Below, in pieces: positions 35,284 to 45,900 of a stretch of DNA of 64,000 nucleotides. A model generated the notes under the pieces. It was given only the letters and a program-made list of their open reading frames with translations, did no database searches and had not been told where the DNA came from. The stretch lies in the NCBI RefSeq assembly GCF_022539665.2, contig NC_081331.1, forward strand, positions 2,852,001 through 2,916,000. The letters are read 5' to 3'. This stretch comes from Daphnia carinata (taxonomy: Eukaryota). Position 1 is the first letter of the stretch. The number at the start of each line of letters is the position of its first letter. The translations under genes and the position numbers were made by a program.

Positions 35284-37169
35284 ATGGAAAAATATTTGCT
35301 ATTCGCTCTTGCGCTAACCATCAGCCTCTTTCAGGGTAATTGTATTCTTTGGATCCATTGTATGATTCCTTATGAAGCTTATACCTTTTCTTTCTTTTTT
35401 AGTTGGACGTTGCGGTGTCGTCAAGCAATGGGGAAAAAGAGCAGCACCAGACGGAATAGTTATTTCGGAGGTAAGTCACTTTTTTCAAAATCTATTGGTA
35501 GTTATAACTATATTAACCAAAATACTGTTCTCATGGGAGGCTAGAAACTTTGTTCCTTCAGTCTTCTATAGTTTTCCACGATGTTGAGGGTATTTAAGTT
35601 AGATGAACCATTCTTTTTATATGTATATCTGGTTTAATTATCTGGTATTTGTTTTTTTGTTTGCTTATTTTGTGGCTTCAGAAGAATTTCACTGTGCAAA
35701 CTGATTTTTATTTCATTGCTCATTCATTTTTTTTCTCTTAGCAACACAAGGTATTTACCTGCTCAGGAGGTGACGGCTACTACGCATCCCCTGGCCAATG
35801 CACAAATGTGTACTACTATTGCGAAAACGGCCTTGCCGAAGCTCAGGTAATGATCAGTAATGACGGATCAAATAATGTTAATCAACTCGTACTGTTGTCT
35901 CAAGCTCAGCCCCTAGTAGTCCAACGAGTAATTTACCAAAAGCCAATCTTGAAGCAACTGACAATGATGTATATGACTAACTTTAGTTATTTATGTTTTT
36001 GATCCAGACATGTCCAGAAGGCGAAGTATTCGACCTGGTCACTTTCGTTTGCACTACTTCTAGTCAAGCTTCATGCAGTTAATTTTTCATTTTCCTATTC
36101 GTGCGGTTTTTTTTACGTCTGTCCTGAATCTCTTAACTAAAGTGTCATAACATCTCTTTAGATCAAAAATTCGACTGCCCTTCAGACGGTATATTTCCAT
36201 ATCCTGGTAAGACAATCATACCATACTAAGATCCCTTCGTGACGTAGATGGACTTCAGCTGGTTAACTTTTATGCCATTATCCATTTTTGAACATGATAA
36301 TCGTTTCAGATGCCTGTACCAACGTGTATTACGTCTGCAGTGGTGGACAGTTATATGTTGAGGTACTCTACTATACAAAATCAAGGGTACTGTGTAATAG
36401 TTGTAAACAACGGCCTTTTTTCAACTTTTAGTATTGCCCCGAAAACTTTGTTTTCGACCCGATACTTCTGAAGTGCGTTCCAAAAGAAAGCGCATCTTGT
36501 TGGCGTATGTTACTATCAGACTTTGATTCTTGGATTCGCTAATCAATCAATCACGTCTGAAATATTGTTAATGTTACAGCCATCACCACAGACTTACCCA
36601 CAACCGTAACTGTGGAAGTAACGACTGAAACTGAGGCACCAATGACTGACACTGAGGCACCAACGACTGACACTGAGGCACCAACGACTGACACTGAGGC
36701 ACCAACGACTGACACTGAGGCACCAACGACTGACACTGAGGCACCAACGGTTGAAATCGAGGCATCAACGACTATACTAAAGGCGCCAATGTTGAAGGTG
36801 TTTATTATAAATGAAACTTCATTTTTTTCACCTAGATCTTCTTTATTGTGGTACCGTTACAGGCATATAAGATGTGGATGTCGACCGAATTTACTTGCCC
36901 AAGTGATCAACATGGGCTTTACGCGACTACCTGTACCACATACTATGAATGTGTAGATGGTGTTCCGTATCTACGCGTAAGTATTTAGTTACAAAATGCA
37001 CGTGATAGTGATGTACATCAATATTCCATAACTGCTTAACTGATTGCTTCTTTCCATTATATTTTAGAACTGTCCCAAATGCACCGGCATTCGCTTGTAT
37101 GAAACTTTACCGATGTGCGCCTACCTTTACGACAACGATCCTTGTTATTCTGGGAACACCTGCAACTAG
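35284..37169 (+). CDS. Peritrophin/mucin-like gene 10: signal peptide, 2 CBM14, acidic (TEAPTTD)n linker, CBM14
   Basis: Starts MEKYLLFALALTISLFQ|VGRCG, similar to the gene 7 N-terminus. Domains begin FTCSGGDGYY, FDCPSDGIFPYP and FTCPSDQHGLY. Ends SGNTCN*. Confidence 0.86.
36630..36749 (+). repeat. Coding 21-bp VNTR ACTGAGGCACCAACGACTGAC, ~5.7 copies
   Basis: Directly visible tandem units encoding TEAPTTD. Confidence 0.93.
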
Positions 37170-37419
37170 CTTTGCGAGTATGCTAGCCAAGGTAGAGGGC
37201 AGCCATTCCCACAGAATGGGAACTCCGCAGAGATAGCATAGTTGCAATTGCGAAAAAACATGTATCTTAATTTGATTTTATATTACACTGGCAAAAATGC
37301 CAAAGTATCCTGTTCTTGCTCATCTTCAAATTTGCGTTTCGTGGTTTAACATTGATTAATAATAATTAAACACTGATTATAGGAAAGTTATACGCCTTCT
37401 CGTCAAAATTAATTTATAA

Positions 37420-39150
37420 AATCAAAATTAATAGATAACTATGTATGATTCTGATTCAAAATTTAACAAGGATCACGAAATGGAAATCTGTTTTTTCGTA
37501 GAGTTTATGGCTTTTGAATAATCAAAGAAGTTTGATGTGTCGCGCTAGCGCTGTAGCGTACTGGCGCGCTAGTAATGGTGTCGATTCGCACACACACTAA
37601 TTTTATATTTTTGATTACTCCAAAACTATAAACCCCACGTAAAAACAATTTCCACTTTCGTGTTCCTTGGTTAATTTTGAATCAGAATCATGTATGGTTA
37701 TCTAGATTTAATGCTAGTATTTTTTAATAGGAAAAAATTTTAAGCCCGGGCTTATTTTTTCCCAACTTTTATCGTTTTTTACGTTTTATGCAGAAACTAT
37801 GAGTCTCACAAGAAAACAATCTTCATATTTGTGATGCCCGTTCAATTCTGCATCGACACCATGTATTAAAAGCGAAATCTAAAATTTTGCCAAAATTGAA
37901 AAAGTAAGAAGGCTATAGCCTTCTCACTTTTCCAATTTTCTTCAAATCCTAGATTTCATTAAAAATACAATATTCCGATTCGAAATTGATCGCTGATCAC
38001 GAAAATGGGGTATATTTTTACACTAGGCTTCTACTTTTTGAATTAACCGTAAAAAACAGAAAGTCGGGCTTATTTTGTCGGGCTTAAAATTTTTTCCTGT
38101 TAAAAGATAATATCATTAAATCTAGATAACTATATATTATTCTGATTCAACATTTAACAAGGATCACGAAATGGAAATTTGTTTTTACGTAGAGTTTATG
38201 GTTTTTGAATAATCAAAGGAGTTTGATGTGTCGCTCTAGCGCTGTAGCGTTCTGGCGCGCTAGTAATGGTGTCGATTCGCACATACACCAATTTTATATT
38301 TTTGATTACTCCAAAACTAAACACCCTACGTAAAAACAAATTCCACTTTCGTGTTCCTTGGTTAATTTTGAATAAGAATCATGTATGGTTATCTAGATTT
38401 AATGCTAGTATTTTTTAATAGGAAAAAATTTTAAGCCCGACAATATAAGCCCGGGCTTATTTTTTCCCAACTTTTATCGTTTTTTACGTTTTATGCAGAA
38501 ACTATGAGTCTCACAAGAAAACAACCCTCATGTTTGTGATGCCCATTCAATTCTGCATCGAAACCATGTATTTAAAGCGAAATCTAAAATTTTGCCAAAA
38601 TTGAAAAAGTAAGAAGGCTATAGCCTTCTCACTTTTCCAATTTTCTTCAAATCCTAGATTTCATTAAAAATACAATATTCCGATTCGAAATTGATCGCTG
38701 ATCACGAAAATGGGGTATATTTTTACACTAGGCTTCTACTTTTTGAATTAACCGTAAAAAACAGAAAGTCGGGCTTATTTTGTCGGGCTTAAAATTTTTT
38801 CCTATTAAAAAATAATATCATTAAATCTAGATAACTACATATTATTCTGAATCAACATTTAACAAGGATCACGAAATGGAAATTTGTTTTTACGTAGAGT
38901 TTATGGCTTTTGAATAATCAAAGAAGTTTGATGTGTCGCGCTAGCGCTGTAGCGTACTGGCGCGCTAGTAATGGTTTCCATTCGTACCTAATTTTATATT
39001 TTAGGTTACTCAAAAACTATAAACTCTACATAAAAATAAATTCCATTTTCGTTTTCTTTGCTTAGTTTTGAACCAAAATCATATATACTTATCTAGATTG
39101 AATGATATTATTTTTTAATAGGCAAAAATTTAAGCCCGACAAAATAAAGT
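37420..39150. repeat. Tandem array of ~2.5 units of ~705 bp, each composed of long inverted repeats (foldback-like, probably transposon-derived)
   Basis: TAGATAAC...AACAAGGATCACGAAATGGAAA recurs at ~37430, ~38120 and ~38825. The perfect palindrome AGAAGGCTATAGCCTTCT is at 37907 and 38612. Arms flanking the GC-rich core are reverse complements. No ORF. Confidence 0.85.
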
Positions 39151-40409
39151 GGGAATATATAGTTTTTCAATTGTCCATAAGAGTGTTGGTTGTGTTGGTT
39201 TGAATGTCTAAAAATTAAATCTTCGTCTTACATTTTCAGATTTGTAAGCAATGGAATGTTGACCAGGAGGAATTTTATTGATTATCTATTTAGTTATCTG
39301 TTGGAGGAAATCTAACTGAAGAAGTTTAAATGGCAAAATATCTTAGAGAGAGAAAACAGATGAAAACTTGTGTATTGATGCATTACTAAACTGGATCAGT
39401 TGCGGTCGGTAGATCATGCTTATACTTAAGGCCTTGGCTCTAGGTAATTGTTTTCAAATTCACTTGCAATATACAAGTCAGAAATTTATATGTTACCTGT
39501 TAGGTATGAGCAACCACAACGTCTTGGGATATTGGGTGTACACCTATATTGTCTTGTACGTTTTGTTGCTTAGGTGTACACCTAAAAGAAGTGAAGTTTA
39601 CGAGCAGTTTATGGCTTGATCGTCGTATGTTTGCGAACTTGGATCTTACCGTTGTACGTCAAAAGTTAATACCGTTCAACTGCGAAATTGACATCGTAAT
39701 TTGATTGAAGTGTTGAGTGTTTTCAGATTGAACATGTCTGATTTTAGTTGCTTAATATTTCTCTCCCTACCTAATTAAGACACAGACAAAAGGTTAAGCT
39801 AAATCTTGATAATTAATTAATATTAAAACACCTTTTTAAACTTGTTCCTTGTCTGTGGCCATGCACAAGAATTTTGAAATATAGAACATTTTCCTGTTTC
39901 CCCATGAATTTCAGGTATGATACAAGAAGATCTCTCATCTCATCATCATGTCTGACAGATTGACCTCATGTTGAAATCTAGGAATTGCAAATTATAAAGA
40001 AATTATATAAACAAATTAAATTCTAAAACAATCTCATGTAAATGGTATGACTATTTGTAAATAAATTTGACATCAAGCATTTCCTGAACTATTCAATAAA
40101 ATTTTTATTAGAAAACGGTATTACTAGTATTCAGAACATGAAACTATCTAGCACTCATATAGAAACCACGTATCACTCGACTTTGACTAGGCCAAATTAT
40201 GCAAAACCAAGTGGCTTAGACAAAAAGATTTGGTACAATATTCCATTTGCTGTTGAACACTAAGATGTGGCAGTATAGTAAGTCTGGCCTTTGAGAATAC
40301 TTGGTTGCTTCATACACAAGACCTTAGATCCCATTACTAAAACCATCATTAGAATCTCAAATACGGTGGAACAAACAAATATATCAAAGTATAGATGAAA
40401 ACTGCATAC

Positions 40410-41950
40410 CTTTCTTTTGATTATGAGAAGTATTTCCAGATAGCTACACCAGTGAATAATATGTTCATCCTGCGTAAGAACTAGAATCAGATGTAACATA
40501 TTGTAAAAAGCATTGTGAACAGAAATCAATGCAATACAACTAGTGCCACAAAATAATGATTTAAGAACAATAATTTTTGGTTTCTCAAATTTGATTAAGT
40601 TTAACGAGTCCGAAAGTTCTCCTGCGTTTGAAGGCTAACTTTCATAATCAATAAACGTAATTTTGGTGACAATAATGGAATACCAACAGGATGAAAACGT
40701 CAGCAAATCCAATAATTGATCGTAAATGCTTGTGAACGTCAGGAGTAATTCATCACTTCGACCATTTTCTAGCGTCGACGCATTAAAAATGAAAGCCGAT
40801 GGATCCGTTAACACGTAATTAAAAAGGAATTTCAGCTCACCTCGCCAGATGACCAGATGCTTCAGCGACGAGATGTCAGTTATGTACCAGCAATTATATT
40901 GTTGCTGGGAAAACAATAAAGTTATCACGTTTGTTTTGTTCCAAAACCAATTGTGATTAAATCGACGACAATCAGCCCAACTCGTGTCGGTCGATGGCTG
41001 GGTCGGAGGTTGCCTAGTTAGTCCGTCGTGCATTCATTGGCGTTTGTTTGATTGCATGAAACGAGACACGAAATGTGCGATTTGCAGCGAGGGTAAAGGT
41101 ACGTTTAGCATGCTTAGTCTTCAATGAATCTAATTGCAATGTGAGACAGTTCAGATTAGTACAAATTACACTCTATAGTATTACAATATGATATAGAACT
41201 ACACGATTTCACTACTCACGTACGAAGACATATCGTTGAACACATGATCCACTCTATGCAAAAGGTCTCGTCGTCCTGCACAGACTGCTATTACAAATTA
41301 CAAGGAAAGCCTAGATTCTTGCAAACATGCGGGAAAATGTGACGTTTCTTACTGCAATTCCCTCATTAAAAGAATAGCCCGAAATCAACCCGGCATTATC
41401 TTTCATAGACGTTTCATCTTCGTTCCATTCGGGCCCTAATATCAATCAAACTATGGCGAGTACGAAGTCCTAGCTACTTTCACCGGTGCCATTATTGGGC
41501 GCTTTGAATTTATATTCAGAGCGCAAACGCTATCGTTGTCGCATCAAATCCAACCAGCTCTCACTATGCAATCACGGTTTTTATACCTACCCACGCTCCA
41601 CTGTATCACCGTCCAGAATAGAGGAGAAGGGCTCTGCAACCTCAGTGATGCAACGAGGACCTAGACACAATGACACATTTTGGTTCTTTGCTTTATTAAT
41701 TTCATACTAACAAACCAGAACAAAACAGAATGATGTTAAATGACATTCGTGTCATACCGTCAGAACTGACAGCTGCATAAACCACACCAGCTCATCCTGT
41801 AACAAAACATGCACCTAACCAGCCTACAACAGTTTTAATATTTTATAAACACTAAAACTTGTTCGAAAAGTTCGCTGCACACGTTCTGGTTACACATTCG
41901 ACCCAATCACTCAGGCAGCTCTCAGATTCCGAGGTGTCTGGTTGACAACG
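40410..41950 (-). other. Possible multi-exon orphan or lncRNA transcript
   Basis: A run of well-formed minus-strand acceptor/donor pairs with short exons: ~41758-41796, 41591-41660, 41353-41435, 41220-41275, 40842-40905 and 40410-40469. No recognisable protein. Confidence 0.3.
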
Positions 41951-41980
41951 AACATATTTCGGCCGTAATAGAGTTAGTAG

Positions 41981-41995
41981 TCACTAGATGGCGTA
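41981..41995 (+). promoter_or_regulatory. CTCF-like motif TCACTAGATGGCGTA
   Basis: Close match to the CTCF consensus CCACYAGRKGGCRC. Binding is not shown by sequence. Confidence 0.45.
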
Positions 41996-42937
41996 GAAGT
42001 TGCTTTCGGCCACGGAAAAATCGCGGCAAATAACGATTCCACATCATTATTTGAATATTCATTCCAGCTGTAGCCGCAAGTCACGTAAAACTCGATATGC
42101 CTTACTCATTACCCGACACAATGTGTTCTAATTTAAAAGCCATTCATTTTGGGGAGTGACGAGTTGCCTCGGGAAATCTCCTTCATCTTTCAAGAGCTGG
42201 GGTGCAAAAACTGAAAATGCTTTGCCTTTGAAGTTTGAACTTCCGTCGGGACTTGGGACTGTCGGAAGAAAAGATTAGGTATTCAAAACAAAAACGTAAA
42301 AATTGAAAAAACAAAAAACAAAGATCGTGTCAGTTGGGTAATATATTCCAATTTTTTTCCTGGTCCAGAATTGGACGGTTGGGTGATTCATTCACTGATA
42401 TATTTCGACATTCGGCGCAGGCGGAATGACGTGATATTCTCGCGTTGGCGGGATGACAATTTTTTTTTCTTTAGACAACCGGATTGTCTCACGACTTTTT
42501 TTTTTTGTTACATACTTCCAACAAATTTTTTGTATGTCGCCCTCGTACATACCTCACAGGTGAGGTAATAAACGACGTGAAATGGCCAAAGGAGGACCAC
42601 GAGTGCGTGCCGCTGGACTAGTCTTCAATCACCCGAACGAACTCTGATTACAAATAGTTTCCCATTTGGGCAACTTCTGTGCGTCATCTACGCGAATTGC
42701 GAACCATCCGCTACGGGTGGCGATCCGTGGCCGTAGGCATCGTGCCATTGTTGATGCAACAAACTGTTTGGCCAGTCGTGGCCGGCTGAGCGACGTCGCC
42801 TCTTCAATTAGCAGCCGATTTCCATCGCATCTGGCTTTTTGGAAAGAAGAAATAACATATACACATACGCCTGGTTTGTGGCTATGCGCCCCGTGCGGCT
42901 GCTGCGCGTCTTTTTGGGGCGGCGGATGTTGTTTCAG

Positions 42938-42970
42938 CTTCTTCTTCTTCTTCTTCTTCTTCTTCTTCTT
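42938..42970. repeat. (CTT)11 microsatellite
   Basis: Directly visible. It is one of many simple repeats (GA, CA, poly-A/T) in 42-64 kb. Confidence 0.9.
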
Positions 42971-45900
42971 GTCCACGTCGTCGCCCCTGGGGGTTGAATA
43001 ACTTTGGTACAGCAAGGCGACTCTGTCTATATGCTATTTGCTCCTATACGGAGAATATGTACACACTATTCTCGGATGACTTTCACTACTAGCCCCCATC
43101 CATCTCTGCCCTCAAAGGAAGTCCTTAGATGGGGGGGCGAAAGAAGAAGATATTTTTCCTTTTTGGAAAAAAAAAAACAAAATGTTGGAAATCTTTTTCA
43201 CATCGGATAGTAAAATGTTGAAGAAAAAAAAAAGAAATATCTTTCAACAAAAGGGTTGGGTTGCATCCCAACTCTCTCAGGCCTGCCGTGACGAGCATTT
43301 CCAATTAACTTCGGAGGAGGAAATGGTAATCATTTGACCCCTTTTGGCAGATAGGCGCAGCTCTTTTTTTTTTTTTTAACTGTCCCTCTACATCGTCGCG
43401 ACGTGTGGTGATGAAAGAAGTCAATGGCAACCTGGACCCAACCAATGACCAGTAGAGCCTTACCGTCTTTTTTTTTTTTTAATAGAGATTTCGGAAATTT
43501 AAAGAAAATATATATTTTTTTTTCGGGATTCTTTCACGCTGATGGCGGGGTTTCTCGCAGGTGCACGAAAACAATTGACTGGGCACCGTTGTCCGCTGCG
43601 TGTGATCTACGGCTCTCACGTAACATTGCTTACATAGAGAGAATACATGTTCGTCCTTCGCTGGATAAAAGAAGGAACAAAAAAAAAAGGGCGATACGCT
43701 TAGTGCTGGCGTCACGCACGCCAGAGACATCACGCGGGAATTGAACGGAACACAACAGAGAACCGATAATCTAATCGCTTTCAGGGACGCTCGGGTCATA
43801 AATCCCAAACGACCGTTCCACCGTCGTGAGTCCCACTGACTTTTTTTTTCTAGTGACTCTCTGCTTAGTCCCGCGGGAGAGAGAGTCGATACATCAAACA
43901 AAACACAAAAAAAAAGAGGGAGAGAAACGAATGAACAAATGAAGAAAAAGAAGAAAACGATATACCTCCCCCCCCCCCCCCCCCACCGGGATCACATCAT
44001 TAGCGCGCATCTATCGTGGGCTTATATTTTTCTAGTCGAGTCACGCCAATCTTTGCACGAATCTTCTAAGCCAAAAAAAAAAAAGCGCTGTCATTTTATT
44101 TATTATTTCTTTAATATTCTTCAAAAGGAAAAAGAAAAAATCATGCGTCACTTTTTCTTTTTGCTTTTCTTTCTTCTATTTGGACGGGGCGGAGTTGCTC
44201 CTTTTCAGCAAGTTAGCGAGTTAACTATACGCAGGCAGCCGTCAATAAAAGACGAAGAAGAGATGACTCTTTTCCTGATTTCTTTTTTTTTTTTAGCTCC
44301 CCTCTTATTTTATTTTTCCCTCCCTCAGTCAATGAGACTTTTCCGGCCGCTCTGGCATCTACACGATAATTGATGATTCAATCATCGAATGATGGCAACA
44401 TTTAATAGGGAGCGTGTGCGGGCCTGGCGGTGAGTGCTGCGGGCTAAGCCTCCCCCCCTGTCTCTTTGACTGTGTTTAATATACATTTAATTGATAATAA
44501 GTACTCTGTCTCATGCAGCACGGACATTTACCCCTATGCGCCCAAACATATCAAAGCATTCCATATCCCTGGGCTGAAACGCAATACGCGGAGGAACCAT
44601 TTGTTACTGATGGCCATTTGTCAACATAACCAGAGTGTCAATGAGTTTCTACATAGTGTCTCTCTCTCTCTCTCTACGCCATTTCTTTTTTTTTTTTAAC
44701 GACGTGTTGTTTCACTATTACACGGCGAATACTTTCGCTGATCGCCGTCTCCAGCAACTTGTGTCGCGTTACAAGGAAGAAAATCATTGTGACACTTATC
44801 GTTTTCCTTTCCTTTCAAAGGCGGGGAAAAAAAAAATAAGCTCGACAACATCAAGGAGTCGTTGAAGCTACTCACGTCTGTATTCTTTTTCGAGTATGGC
44901 CGACTGTGTTCCGCTGGATGAAAAGGAGTTGAGAAAAGACACGAAAATTGGATGAAAACACAAGAGAGGGGAGGAAAAAAAAAAAAAAGAAACTGCTGAG
45001 ACGATACGACAGAGGGCGGTTTTTTTCCCTTAAAAAAAAAAAAGGAAGGGGGATTGCCCTCGGGAGTAGCGGGAATTTGCGGTCAAAGGGAAAAAAAAGG
45101 AAGAGAAATACACAAAGCGAGAAACACCCCTGAGGAAATGTTGCGTGATTCTGAAGAAGAAAAACCGAAACAGACAGTGCACACATAACAAATGTATAGA
45201 CACACACACTTCATACATTTTGACGATCAATCCCCTTCCCCCAATCCCGAAAAAAAATTACCCTCTTCGTGAACACGACATCAATCACGTATTTTTTATT
45301 TTTTTTTCTTTTTGAAATAGAAATGTCGATAAAATGTAAGAATGTATTTATATACATACCCCGTCGGTCGAAAACGCATAGCCACGTCTTCTAGTGGACC
45401 GGATGAGCTCACCGCAGTTGCGGAAGCTTCCAACCGACGACCGGTGTGAGTCGGTTTCGAAATAATTGGTGGGAAAATGGAAAAATGTTTGAAAAGAAGT
45501 AAATTGGAGAGAGAGAGAGAGAGAGAAAAAAAAATAGGATATAACAATTTTTTTTTTTTTTTCAAAACTGTTCGATAGTCGTAAGAATAAATTCTTTTGC
45601 TGTTATCTATATAGCCATCTATTATTATTCTCTAGATAGGTATAGTTAGTGTACAGTCCGACTTGCGGGTGTTTTTTCTTTAACGCACTTCCCGTTTCAC
45701 CTGCTTTTCACTGCTCTTATCTCGCCCGTTCAAAAAAAAAAAAAAAATGCTCGGCAATTACCCGTCGTTCCGTTTGAACGAACCGAAGGGCAGCGACTTT
45801 ATTTCGTTGCTCGAGTTCAAGAATAAAAATAAGCTCGTTTTTTTTGTTGTTGTTGTTGTTGTTTCCCTTAAAGTTGAGTCAAAATGTTGCCGATTGTGAA

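Noticed and set aside
39908..39980. Minus-strand ATGATGA...CTGA resembling a C/D snoRNA with partial U6-like complementarity
   Set aside because: Box spacing is short, the terminal box C is poor and the putative guide match is gapped. It cannot be supported without Infernal or snoscan.
41165..41225. Small hairpin with a minus-strand TGAGTAGTG...GTAGTT vaguely like let-7
   Set aside because: The seed does not match let-7 (GAGGUAG) and there is no proper pre-miRNA stem.
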